Shown piece by piece: positions 7,810-17,105 of a stretch of DNA of 64,000 bases; position 1 is the stretch's first letter; the number at the start of each line of letters is the position of its first letter. This DNA is from an uncultured Dehalococcoidia bacterium (lineage in GTDB: Bacteria; Chloroflexota; Dehalococcoidia; Lucifugimonadales; UBA3495), in NCBI GenBank assembly GCA_958296385.1, contig OY282494.1, forward strand, positions 31,416 to 95,415. Direction: 5' to 3'. Made by a program: the position numbers and the translations under genes. The notes under the pieces were generated by a model. It saw nothing but the letters and a program-made list of their open reading frames with translations. It was not told the DNA's origin and made no database searches.

Positions 7810-8529
7810 CTCTACGATACCATACACCCCAAAGTAGGCGGCCAGCGGGTTGGGGCGGTAATCCAGGATTGACTTCACCACGTCGGCATCGGTTTCGCCG
7901 GTGGTTGGCTGCTGGTTGATTATGGCGCAGCGCGGGTCGGGGGCCAGCACCCGCACTATGGCATCGCCCACGGCCACCTGCCGGTTCATCCACCCGTCCT
8001 CCTGGTGCGCTGCGCCGCCGTCCAGCAGCAGCGTGGGGCGGAATCGGTCGGTGGACAGGCACTCGTCGTCGGCCATTCCCATCTCCGCTGACAAATGCTC
8101 CACCGAGGCCCGGGATAGAATCGACACCGGAAACTCGTCAAAGACCTGCCCCGGCAAGTCCGACATCATCAGCATCGCCGGCTGCCCGCAAAACTCGCTG
8201 ATGGCCGGCGTCCAGTCCCCGGCCAGCGCGCGCCCGCGCACCCGGCGCCCCCATACGATAGTCCAGACCGGGCCGGCCAGTTCCGGCGCACCCGCCAGCG
8301 TTGTGCCGTCGGGAAAGCGGATGCTCAGCCGTTCGGCGGCGGCGTCCCACGCTGCGGTTAGCTGCGCCAGCTTGCCGACTTGCCGCCGGGTGAGCAGCCG
8401 TCCCCGCTCGTTCACCAGGTAGAACCGCCGGTCGTCCGGTATCCCGCCCAGCTCCAGGTTCACCGCATCCCGCGCGGCCAGCGCCATTGACTTGACCGGG
8501 GCGATGTTGATTTCGGCAACGGTAATCAC
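7765..8529 (-). CDS. MOSC domain protein (N-terminal beta-barrel + MOSC)
   Basis: Typical MOSC architecture: ITVAEINIAPVKS... then ...RFRPTLLLDG...APDPRCAIIN. GTG 8529 has GGGAG upstream and sits 2 nt after the hpaB-like stop. The long N-terminal extension in the track ORF is Arg/Ala-rich junk overlapping the upstream gene. Confidence 0.8.
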   Translation of the reverse strand: MITVAEINIAPVKSMALAARDAVNLELGGIPDDRRFYLVNERGRLLTRRQVGKLAQLTAAWDAAAERLSIRFPDGTTLAGAPELAGPVWTIVWGRRVRGRALAGDWTPAISEFCGQPAMLMMSDLPGQVFDEFPVSILSRASVEHLSAEMGMADDECLSTDRFRPTLLLDGGAAHQEDGWMNRQVAVGDAIVRVLAPDPRCAIINQQPTTGETDADVVKSILDYRPNPLAAYFGVYGIVERPGMVRVGDAVQAV

Positions 8530-8531
8530 GG

Positions 8532-9986
8532 CTACTCCCAGCTCAAAAAGTTCTGCACCAGTTGACGGGCCGGGTTGCGGTCGTAAATCTGATAGAGCAG
8601 GGCGGCGTTGCGTGCGGCGTCGCCGCCAAAGTAGCGTTCGTAGAGCGTTTGCCGCCCGCCGAACGCGCTGCACGACACGTCCCACGCCAGCCGGAACAGC
8701 CGGATGCGTTCCTCGGCGGTGGCCGTGTCGGTGTCCAGATACCGCGCGATTTCGTCGGCCAGCGGCCCGTGCAGGTCGGCCTCGGCGGGCAGCGCCATCA
8801 GGCTGCTGGAACCCAGCAGGTGCAGCAGCTCCGCCATCCGCGGGTACATCGTAATCATCTGCTTGCGCGCCACCAGCAGCGGCCGGTAGTCGGGGCAGCA
8901 AATGCCCCATTCGTCAACCGACGCCTGCGCCTCCGACGCCAGCAGCAGCGCCCGGGTTATCTCCAGATTCTCGATTACCTCTGCGATGAGCTGCTGCGTT
9001 TGGGGCAGTTCGCCGGAGCCGAGAATGTCCGCCATCAGCGACGCCAGGCCCAGGATGAACTCGCACTTGACCACGTTTTTGGTAACCACCTGGTGGCCGG
9101 TGTGGGCGTTGCGGTTGGTGCGCTCGCCCCACGCATTGCACCGCGCCACGTCATTATAAAGAAACACCCGCTCCCACGGCACCAGCACGTCGTCAAAAAA
9201 CACGATGGCGTCCATCTCCTCAAAGCGGCTGCTGGCCGGATGGTCAAAGTGCGACCGCCCGGCGTCAAAGGTATCGCGACACTGAAACTTGAGGCCGTCG
9301 CTGTTGCACGGAATGGAGAAACCGAAAGCGTAGCGCCCCTCCTCGCCGGCCGGCACCCGCCGCGTGCGGGCCGGATAGACGGCGATTTCATCCGACAGCG
9401 GCCCCAGCGTGGCCAGCACCCGCGCCCCGCGCACGATGATGCCGTCGCTGTTCTCGTCCACCACCGACAGCGCGACGTCGGTGCGGTCGTCAAAAGGCGT
9501 TTCGCCAACCGAACGGCTGCGCTGCAAGTTGACCAGCGTGTGCGTCAGCACGATGTCGTTTTCCCGGATGTACTCGTAGTAATTAAGGATGTTCTGCCCG
9601 AATTCGGGCCGGTTCTGCGCGCAGTAGTCGGCGCCGGCGGCCATTGACATCACCGCTACGTTGAGAAAGTCGGGCGTGCGCCCCATCATCCCGCAGGAAC
9701 CCTTGGCCCAGTTAGCCATCATCCGCCGCCGTCGTTCCAAATCCTCCCGGCTGCGGGGCATGATGAACGACAGCCCCACCGGGTCGCCCGTCGTCGGCGA
9801 TGGATAGGTCATCTGCTCAGCCAACGCCGGGTCGTGCTGCATATCCAGCAGGCTGGCCACCGTGCGCAGCCCGCCGCCAAAAGCCGGATGCGCCGTAACG
9901 TCGCCCACCCGCTCCCCGGCAATGTAAATGTCCGCCCCCCGCTCCCGCAGGCCGGCGATGTACTCAACTCCACTGCGTGCCGGCAT
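8532..9986 (-). CDS. 4-hydroxyphenylacetate 3-monooxygenase oxygenase-component family (HpaB-like) flavin monooxygenase
   Basis: MPARSGVEYIAGLRERGADIYIAGERV...MMGRTPDFLN...VLTHTLVNLQRSRS. ATG 9986 is preceded by GGAGGA. Confidence 0.85.
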   Translation of the reverse strand: MPARSGVEYIAGLRERGADIYIAGERVGDVTAHPAFGGGLRTVASLLDMQHDPALAEQMTYPSPTTGDPVGLSFIMPRSREDLERRRRMMANWAKGSCGMMGRTPDFLNVAVMSMAAGADYCAQNRPEFGQNILNYYEYIRENDIVLTHTLVNLQRSRSVGETPFDDRTDVALSVVDENSDGIIVRGARVLATLGPLSDEIAVYPARTRRVPAGEEGRYAFGFSIPCNSDGLKFQCRDTFDAGRSHFDHPASSRFEEMDAIVFFDDVLVPWERVFLYNDVARCNAWGERTNRNAHTGHQVVTKNVVKCEFILGLASLMADILGSGELPQTQQLIAEVIENLEITRALLLASEAQASVDEWGICCPDYRPLLVARKQMITMYPRMAELLHLLGSSSLMALPAEADLHGPLADEIARYLDTDTATAEERIRLFRLAWDVSCSAFGGRQTLYERYFGGDAARNAALLYQIYDRNPARQLVQNFLSWE

Positions 9987-10156
9987 CAGGCTTCCTCCAC
10001 AAACGGCGCGACGAACTACTGCTGCCGCCAGAGTATGGCATATCAGCCCAAACCGCAATCGCCATCCCCCCGATGGCCGCGTTCCGTTGCCGGCGGTTCA
10101 ACCGGCCCCCGCCAAAATCCCCCGCAAAATCCAAAAAATCAATGACGCTACCCCCC

Positions 10157-10185
10157 TTGCCGAACGAATGTACGACTGGCATAAT
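10157..10185 (+). promoter_or_regulatory. Sigma70-like promoter of structured element copy 1 (TTGCCG-17-CATAAT)
   Basis: Hexamers and 17-nt spacing match the promoters at 31409 and 46332, although the spacer sequence differs. Confidence 0.5.
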
Positions 10186-10191
10186 ACCCCT

Positions 10192-10632
10192 ATCGGGCAA
10201 ATCAATCAACCCCCTATCCCCAGCCGTTTTCAGATAGAGAGCGCACCTGAGGAAGCGGGGACACCGCATCAAACCACACCGCTAGCACCACCGCCGGAGA
10301 TTCAAGTCAAAAACGGCCAGTCAGCAAAAACCGCAATCGGCAAGGGTAGTCCCGACCCCGCTTTCACGGCGCGGGCTGCCTCCGCAGGGTATCGAGCTTC
10401 AGCCCGCGTGCTGTCCTCTCATTAGGGATAGGCCACGTAAAATGAAGGTACAAAATAGTTGCGTACCCACCTCCGGCCGTAGGGCTGACAACGACTTGAA
10501 TCTCCGACAACCACCAATCAAACCAACCAAACCCACCGCCCGATAAACGCCCGATACCAGCCAACCGCAACCCACTCCCAAAGGATGACCCATCATGACT
10601 TGACCAAACCACTTGAAACGAAACGCTGTCCC
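10192..10632 (+). ncRNA. Candidate large structured non-coding RNA, copy 1 of 3
   Basis: Collinear with 31444..31902 and 46367..46794 and has no conserved ORF. Long-range helix CGGAGATTCAAGTC (10295-10308) / GACTTGAATCTCCG (10493-10506). Confidence 0.55.
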
Positions 10633-10658
10633 ATCCCCCGGTTATTGTGAGGTAACTA

Positions 10659-11483
10659 ATGCCCATCATCCCGCGCGGCGATGCCCGGCTCCATTACTAT
10701 CTGGACGATTTTACCGACCCCTGGCGCGCCTCTCCCGATGCCGTCGTGTTGCAGCACGGCTTTTCGCGGAGCGGACGGTTCTGGTACAACTGGCCGCCCC
10801 TGCTGGCCCGCGAGTACCGCGCCATCCGCCCCGATTTGCGCGGCATGGGCCTGTCCACCGTTGACCCGGAGCGCTACGCGCCTACCCTTGACGTTCTGAT
10901 GGCCGACTTGCTGGCCATTCTGGATGACGCCGGCGTCGAGCGGGCCGTGTACGTAGGCGAGTCTTTCGGCGGCATTATGGGAATGCAGTTTGCCCACGAT
11001 TACCCGGAACGCTGCCGCGCCCTGGTGCTGTGCAACTCGCCCTGCCGCCTCACCCGCCGGGAGAACGACACCCCCGGCGGCAGCTGGCTGGCCACCATGG
11101 CCTAGGGCGGCATCGGCGCATGGAGCCAGGCCACCATCAACTACCGCCTGGACTTACGCCACGCCCCCGCCGGCCTGCAAGACTGGTACGTCTCCGAGAT
11201 GGACAAAACCCCCGCCAGCATCGGCCAGGCCCTGCACGCCTACCTGGACAGCCTCGACTTCGGCCCCCATCTCAAAGACATCACCGTCCCCACCCTGCTG
11301 CTCACCGGCGACGAATCGCCAACTACCGCCCCGGAACAGCAGCAGTTCATGGCCGCGCAAATCCCCAACAGCCAGCTAACCGTCTGGCCCGGCCTCGGCC
11401 ACGGCGTCAACGTAATCTACCCGGAATGGTGCGTAGATAAGATGCGCGAGTTCCTGGGCAGGCCGGCGGCCCCGACGCTATGA
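10659..11483 (+). pseudogene. Alpha/beta hydrolase interrupted by an in-frame TAG (11103..11105)
   Basis: ORFs 10659..11105 and 11199..11483 are in the same frame, and the frame is open between them. The nucleophile GESFGG is in the first part and the His (GLGHGV) in the second. Confidence 0.75.
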
Positions 11484-11485
11484 GT

Positions 11486-12082
11486 TCAGCCGCCAATCCC
11501 CAGTTCGGCCTGCATATCGGCTACCGCCTGATTGCGGGTTTTGCGCTGCCATTGCGGGCGGTTGTTGATTGGCTCGTTGATGATTTCCGGGTCTATCTTG
11601 AGCGCTACGAACACCGGGCCCGGCTGGCCGAGAATCTCCTCAATCTGATTGGCGAAATCCTCCAGATTGTCAATGGCGTAGGTAGCCGGATAGCCGCAGC
11701 CCTGGGCAACCGTTTCGTAGGCCATCGTGTCGGCGTTCGGCACGGGCTGGCCGCCGGTGGTGGCATAGACCCCGTTGTCCAGCATAAAGTGGTACAGGTT
11801 GGCCGGCGCCTTCTCCGCAATGGTGGGCAGCGCGCCCATCCCCATCAGCACGTCACCCTCCGAGTCGAACAGCACCACCCGCTGGTTAGGCAAGGCCAGG
11901 GCCAGCCCCAGGGCAAACGAAGCGTGGCCGCCCATGGCCGGGTCGCCCAGCGGCAAATCCCGCTCCGGCTGCTCGCTCAGCTCCACCCAGAACCGCCCGC
12001 CGCGCCCCGGTATCACGATAGCATCGCCCCGCTGCCGGTTGAAAACTTCCAGCATCTCCGCCGTTTTCATCATATTAGTCAC
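11486..12082 (-). CDS. ThDP-dependent decarboxylase beta subunit, sulfopyruvate decarboxylase (ComE)-like
   Basis: PP-binding type sequence ...VVLFDSEGDVLMGMGALPTIA...FMLDNGVYATTGGQ. It is paired with the alpha-like gene upstream. Confidence 0.7.
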   Translation of the reverse strand: MTNMMKTAEMLEVFNRQRGDAIVIPGRGGRFWVELSEQPERDLPLGDPAMGGHASFALGLALALPNQRVVLFDSEGDVLMGMGALPTIAEKAPANLYHFMLDNGVYATTGGQPVPNADTMAYETVAQGCGYPATYAIDNLEDFANQIEEILGQPGPVFVALKIDPEIINEPINNRPQWQRKTRNQAVADMQAELGIGG

Positions 12083-12154
12083 TTCCTCGCTGATTGGATC
12101 CCCTATGATTGGCTCCCCTGTCCCATCGGGAAAGGGGCCGGATGCCGGCCGTCG

Positions 12155-12664
12155 CTACCGGCTTACGTTAAACCCGTGATATTCGTCGCCCACCAGCACC
12201 GCCACCGGCCGCTTTTCCCGCTGCGCCTCGGCGAACGCCACCGATATGCGGTCGGCGTCCTCGTCCGATTCCACCAGATAGTAGTTGATGTTGAAAGCGT
12301 GCAGAAACCGCTCGGTGTAAAACGCGGCGGTATCGGTGATGACGCCGTGCCGCGTCCACCCCCGATAGCCCACCATCATCACCACCGGCGTATTCATCCC
12401 CAGCCCCCAGCCCCGCAGCGAATCGCCCGACTCCATCATCCCGGTATTCTGGATGAGAATAACCGGCTTTTGCCCCCCGGCGGCCAGGCCGGCCGCAGTG
12501 GAGAACGCATGGCCCTCCCGGCTCACCGGCACCAGGTCAATGGACGGTTCGTCGCGCATCAGCACGTAAAGAAAGTTAGTTTCGCTGTCCGGCAGCCAAA
12601 CCACGTGCGTAACGCCATTATTCTTCAACTCCGCCAGCACCCGCGCCGGGCTCAACTCCGCCAT
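12155..12664 (-). CDS. ThDP-dependent decarboxylase alpha subunit, sulfopyruvate decarboxylase (ComD)-like
   Basis: PYR-domain type sequence ...VVWLPDSETNFLY...VSREGHAFSTAAGLAAGGQKPVILIQNTG. Confidence 0.7.
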   Translation of the reverse strand: MAELSPARVLAELKNNGVTHVVWLPDSETNFLYVLMRDEPSIDLVPVSREGHAFSTAAGLAAGGQKPVILIQNTGMMESGDSLRGWGLGMNTPVVMMVGYRGWTRHGVITDTAAFYTERFLHAFNINYYLVESDEDADRISVAFAEAQREKRPVAVLVGDEYHGFNVSR

Positions 12665-12812
12665 AACCTAATCCTCCATCCAACATCCTGCAAATCGCCG
12701 GCATCCCGGCAACCCGGACACCGCCCAACAGATATACCCGGCAACCCCCGCCCCCGTCAACCGGAACGCCCTGGCCGTCCTTGTGAGCCCCCGCCGCCAT
12801 CCCTCTCCCCCC

Positions 12813-12919
12813 AATGTCATTCTGAGCGTAGCGAAGAATCTCGACAGCGTAGCAACGGCGTTGCCCCCAAAGCGGGCCCCTACGACATCGAGATTCTTCG
12901 CTACGCTCAGAATGACATT
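12813..12919. repeat. Palindromic element copy 2 (32-bp perfect arms, ~43-nt loop)
   Basis: AATGTCATTCTGAGCGTAGCGAAGAATCTCGA (12813-12844) is the reverse complement of 12888-12919. The loop shares GCGTAGCAACGG.GTT with copy 1. Confidence 0.9.
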
Positions 12920-13038
12920 AGGAATGGCAGTGACCGCCCCGCCCTTGCCGCCGTTTTCGCCGGTCTTTATACTGGCGGCATCCAATCCCGGATTAATTCC
13001 CGGCGCCAGCGCCGGCCGCTGCCGTGAGGAGGCCCGTT

Positions 13039-14217
13039 ATGCCTAAAGATAAGGTGGAAGTGTTCTGGTTCTCCGAACAGCCTTATGGACACGTTACCGA
13101 CGACGAAGTTGCTCAGTACGAGTCGGGCCGGCTGCTGTTTCCCAATTCCCACTTTGACCCGGCCAAGGCCCACGCCCTCTATAATCAGTACCACGAGCAG
13201 TACGCTTGGGCTGACGAGCATGGGTTTGACGGCATCATGTCCAACGAGCATCATTCCTCTTACTGGTGCATGAAACCGGCCGTTAACATTGACGCCGCCG
13301 TCATCGCCAAAGTCACCCGCAACGCCAAAATCGCCATCCTCGGCAACGTCATCGCCGTCAACGACCCCATCCGCATGGCCGAGGAAATCGCCATGCTGGA
13401 CTGCATCTCCGGCGGGCGCATCATCTCCGGTTTCGTGCGCGGCACGGCGGTGGAGACTTTGCAGGGCGGCATCGCCCCGCCGCAGAACCGCGACCGCTTT
13501 GAGGAAGCCCACGACCTCATCGTCAAGTGCTGGACGGAACCCGGCCCGTTTCGCTACGAGGGCGAGTATTACCACTACCGCATGGTCAACCCCTGGGTAC
13601 TGCCGATGCAAAAGCCCCACCCGCCCATCTGGTTCCCCGGTTTCAGCAGCCCCGAATCCGTCGTCTGGGCCGCCCGCCATCAGCATCCTTACATGAACCT
13701 GGGTTCGCTGCTGGACCACACTCACCGCCTGCGCGACGTGTACATTGACACCGCGCTGGAAACCGGATTCCAGCCGGGGCCGGAGCATTTCGGCTACCTG
13801 CTGCGGGTGTTCTGCGCCGATACCGATGCGCAGGCCCAGGAATTGGGCCGCGAATTCCTCTGGACGCAGGAGCATCGCAACCGCGGCCCCCGCGAGCATA
13901 ACGACCCGCCCGGCTACCAGTCCCGCGAGGCCGTCAACATCCAGCGCACCCTGCCCGGCGCCGGCGGCTTTGGCCGGATGATGACCTACGAGGAATTGCA
14001 GGACGCCAACAACATCATCGTCGGCAGCCCCGACACCGTGCGGGCCAAGCTCTCCATGATTATCGAGCGCCTCAACCCCGGCTACCTGCACATCTACGGC
14101 AACGAGGGCGCAATGGCCCACGCCGACGTGATGCGCTCCATCGAGCTGCTGGGCCGGGAGGTCATTCCCGCCCTGCACGAAATACCCCTGGTTGACCACT
14201 ACGAAGTTGCGGAGTAA
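13039..14217 (+). CDS. LLM-class flavin-dependent oxidoreductase
   Basis: MPKDKVEVFWFSEQPY...GFDGIMSNEHHSS...MAEEIAMLDCISGGRIISGFVRG. RBS GAGGAGG lies 6 nt upstream of ATG 13039. Confidence 0.85.
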   Translation: MPKDKVEVFWFSEQPYGHVTDDEVAQYESGRLLFPNSHFDPAKAHALYNQYHEQYAWADEHGFDGIMSNEHHSSYWCMKPAVNIDAAVIAKVTRNAKIAILGNVIAVNDPIRMAEEIAMLDCISGGRIISGFVRGTAVETLQGGIAPPQNRDRFEEAHDLIVKCWTEPGPFRYEGEYYHYRMVNPWVLPMQKPHPPIWFPGFSSPESVVWAARHQHPYMNLGSLLDHTHRLRDVYIDTALETGFQPGPEHFGYLLRVFCADTDAQAQELGREFLWTQEHRNRGPREHNDPPGYQSREAVNIQRTLPGAGGFGRMMTYEELQDANNIIVGSPDTVRAKLSMIIERLNPGYLHIYGNEGAMAHADVMRSIELLGREVIPALHEIPLVDHYEVAE

Positions 14218-14226
14218 AGAGCAAAG

Positions 14227-14658
14227 ATGACCAAAACTATACTGCCGGCGGCCCTGCTCGCCATCCTGCTGCTGCTGGCCTGCGCGCCGGCCGCCACCAC
14301 CGCCGATAAATCCTGCCCGGAGGGGTTTGACTACGTGGTGGAGTACAACCTCTTTTTCGGGCTGGACGACAGCGCCGGCAACCGGGTCAGCGAGCCCGAG
14401 TGGCAGGCTTTCCTGGAGGACACCATCACCCCCCGTTTCCCCGCCGGCCTCACCGTCATTGACGTCAAAGGCCAGTGGCAGGAACCCGACGGCGGCATCC
14501 AGCGCGAGAACACCATCCTGGTGCTGGGCCTGCTCGACCCGCCCGGCGGCGACGGCCTGCGTCTAATCAACGAAATATCCGCTGAATTCGTCAGCCGTTT
14601 CAATCAAGACCCGGTCTTTCGCGTCATCAACGAAGTTTGCGCCGGGCTATCCGGCTGA
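14227..14658 (+). CDS. Small lipoprotein, DUF3574-like
   Basis: Signal peptide with lipobox LLLAC. The core YNLFFGLDD..VSEPEWQAFLEDTITPRFPAGLTVIDVKGQW resembles DUF3574. Confidence 0.6.
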   Translation: MTKTILPAALLAILLLLACAPAATTADKSCPEGFDYVVEYNLFFGLDDSAGNRVSEPEWQAFLEDTITPRFPAGLTVIDVKGQWQEPDGGIQRENTILVLGLLDPPGGDGLRLINEISAEFVSRFNQDPVFRVINEVCAGLSG

Positions 14659-14701
14659 CAGACGTGAGTATGGACGTGAGTATGTATGATGGACGGATTC
14701 T

Positions 14702-15622
14702 ATGACTGATACATTGCCGCCGCAACAGGCCGTTATCGGGGTCGGCACGATGGGCAGCCTGATGGCCTCCGCACTGCTGGACGCCGGCGTTGACTTGGCC
14801 GTCCACGACTTGCGGCGCGCGGCGGCGGAACCCCTGCTGCAACGCGGCGCCCGCTGGTGCGACACCCCGGCCGACGCGGCCCGCGCTTGCCCGGTAGTCT
14901 GGGCCTCGCTGCCCGGCCCGGAGCAGGTAGTATCGGCCCTGCTGGATACCGAAACCGGCGCGCTGGCCGGAATGTCGCCCGGCGCCGTCCTGATTGACAC
15001 CACCACCGACGACCCCGACGTCGCCCGCCGGGTTGCCGTCGCCTGCCTGGAACGGGATTGCGCCATGCTGGATGCCCCCGTCAGCGGCCGGCCGCCCACT
15101 ATGACGCTGATGGCCGGCGGCCGCCGCGCCGTGTTCGACCGGATGCGGCCCACGCTGGCAACGGTAGCGGCCCAAGTCTTTTACGTCGGCGAGGCCGGCG
15201 CCGGCTGCGCCGCCAAACTGGCCACCCAATACATGGGCTACACCAATCTGATTGCCGCCATCGAGGGAATGTTAATCGGCAAAGCCGCCGGCATCGACCC
15301 CTCCGTGCTGGCCGAGATTGTCCCCGTCAGCGCCGGCGCCAGCCGCGCCTTTAACGCCATCCCCAACGCCATCCTGGACGGCTCCTACCAAGCCGGCGGC
15401 ACCCTAGACATCGTAGCCAAAGACGTTGCCCTGGCCTGCGCCCTGGCCCAGCGCCTCCACGCCCCCGCCGCCACCGGCGAGCAGGCCAACGCCCTCTACA
15501 AAGCCGCCCAGGAACTCGGCTGGGGCAGCGAGGGCTACCCCGTAATCGCCCGCCTGCTGGAGGAACTGGCCGGCCAGCGCCTGACCGCGGATGGCACGGA
15601 CGGCGCAGACGGCGCAGACTGA
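14702..15622 (+). CDS. NAD(P)-dependent oxidoreductase, 3-hydroxyisobutyrate dehydrogenase-like
   Basis: N-terminal Rossmann motif VIGVGTMGSLMASALLDAG, followed by a 6PGDH-type C-terminal helical domain. Confidence 0.75.
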   Translation: MTDTLPPQQAVIGVGTMGSLMASALLDAGVDLAVHDLRRAAAEPLLQRGARWCDTPADAARACPVVWASLPGPEQVVSALLDTETGALAGMSPGAVLIDTTTDDPDVARRVAVACLERDCAMLDAPVSGRPPTMTLMAGGRRAVFDRMRPTLATVAAQVFYVGEAGAGCAAKLATQYMGYTNLIAAIEGMLIGKAAGIDPSVLAEIVPVSAGASRAFNAIPNAILDGSYQAGGTLDIVAKDVALACALAQRLHAPAATGEQANALYKAAQELGWGSEGYPVIARLLEELAGQRLTADGTDGADGAD

Positions 15623-15692
15623 ATCCCGCCGCTCTTTGTGTTACTATTCCATCATCCATCAGCAGTTCTTTGTGCGATTACCGGGGGGCGAT

Positions 15693-17105
15693 ATGACAAT
15701 CACGTTTCAGCCCAGCGCGTTCAGTGGTCTGGTTGACCGGGATAATGGACTGGTCAGCCGCGAAATTTTTGTGAATCACGACATCTACGCCGAGGAGCAG
15801 GAGCGCATTTTTACCCGCGCCTGGCTGTTCGTCGGCCACGAAAGCCAGGTGGCCAAGCCGGGCGATTTCTTTATATCCTCAATGGGCGAGGAATCGGTAA
15901 TCCTGTGCCGCGACCGGCAGGGCGAAGTCCACGTCTTTCTCAATTCCTGCACCCATCGCGGGATGAAAGTCTGCCGGTACGATGAGGGCAACACCCCCAT
16001 CTTTACCTGCCCCTATCACGGCTGGAGTTTTGCCACCGACGGCAGCCTGGTGGGCGTGCCTTATTATAAGGATGCCTACCACGAGGAACTGGACAAGTCG
16101 GAATGGGGCCTGCTCCGCGTGCCCCGGATGACCAACTACAAGGGCGGCATCTGGGCCAGCTGGGACCCGCAGGCGCCGGATTTTCTGGAGTATATCGGCG
16201 GTTTCCGCACCTATCTGGACATCCTGTTTGACGGCTGGGACGGCGCGGAGGGCGGCACCGAGATTATCGGCGGCATCGAGAAGTGGCTGGTTCCGTCCAA
16301 CTGGAAGTTCCCCGCCGAGAACTTTATCGGCGACCGCTACCACAACATCAGCCACCGCTCCGTTGACCTGGTAGGCATCGGCCCCTCCGGGCAAGGCCGG
16401 CGCGACAACCGGGAAAGGGACGGCGCCAAGTCGCTGGACGTGTCGTTCCCCGAACGCGGCCACGGCACCGTAATTTTCCTGCGCCCGGCGGACGCCCAGC
16501 CGGTGCAGTCCTATCAGAACGACCCCATCGTCGCCGAGTATTTCTACGCCTGCGAAATCGCCCGCAAGGAACGGCAGGGCGAACTCTGGCGCATCCTCGG
16601 CGGGCCGGGCACCATCTTTCCCAATATGTCCTACCTCCCCCGCCAGCCCCGCAGCATCGCCGTCTGGCACCCCCGCGGCCCCGACCAAACCGAAGTCTGG
16701 CGCTGGTTCCTCGTTGACCGCAGCGCCCCGCCCGAAGTCAAGGAGTTCCTCCGCCAGTACTACATCCGCTACTCCGGCCCCAGCGGCCTGACCGAGCAGG
16801 ATGACATGGAGAACTGGAACTACGCCCACGCCGCCAGCCGGGGCGCCATGGCCCGCCGCCTGCGCTACAACTACCAGATGGGCCAGGGCTACGCCGTTGA
16901 CGACTTTGAGGACGGCGGCCTCCATCTGCCCGGCACCGTGCTGGACACCACCAAAGCCCGCGCCGGCGAGCAGAATCAGCGCACCTTCTACACCCGCTGG
17001 GCCGACTTTATGGCCGCCCGCGATTGGGACGAACTGGCCGGCTGGCGCAACGGCAAGTCAGCCAACGGCCATGCCGCGCAGGGCAACGGCGCCGCCGGAC
17101 GGTAG
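15693..17105 (+). CDS. Rieske-type aromatic ring-hydroxylating dioxygenase, alpha subunit
   Basis: Rieske motif CTHRG...CPYHGW, then a catalytic domain with DRYH..SH. Confidence 0.88.
   Translation: MTITFQPSAFSGLVDRDNGLVSREIFVNHDIYAEEQERIFTRAWLFVGHESQVAKPGDFFISSMGEESVILCRDRQGEVHVFLNSCTHRGMKVCRYDEGNTPIFTCPYHGWSFATDGSLVGVPYYKDAYHEELDKSEWGLLRVPRMTNYKGGIWASWDPQAPDFLEYIGGFRTYLDILFDGWDGAEGGTEIIGGIEKWLVPSNWKFPAENFIGDRYHNISHRSVDLVGIGPSGQGRRDNRERDGAKSLDVSFPERGHGTVIFLRPADAQPVQSYQNDPIVAEYFYACEIARKERQGELWRILGGPGTIFPNMSYLPRQPRSIAVWHPRGPDQTEVWRWFLVDRSAPPEVKEFLRQYYIRYSGPSGLTEQDDMENWNYAHAASRGAMARRLRYNYQMGQGYAVDDFEDGGLHLPGTVLDTTKARAGEQNQRTFYTRWADFMAARDWDELAGWRNGKSANGHAAQGNGAAGR

Noticed and set aside
10364-10669. 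Minus-strand ORFs across the three element copies (also 31659-31940 and 46465-46776)
   Set aside because: The three translations are not homologous in frame. They start and stop at non-equivalent positions, and G.U pairs in the conserved helices favour a + strand RNA.
11103-11105. In-frame TAG read as pyrrolysine or programmed read-through
   Set aside because: There is nothing resembling a pyl context, and the gene family is not known to use Pyl. A simple nonsense mutation or base-call error is far more likely.
11480-13027. 515-aa ORF on the plus strand
   Set aside because: It runs antisense through both ComDE-like genes and through the palindromic repeat. The translation is Arg/Pro/His-rich junk.
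12967-14199. 410-aa ORF on the minus strand
   Set aside because: It is a shadow of the LLM oxidoreductase gene (13039-14217), which has clear family motifs and an RBS.
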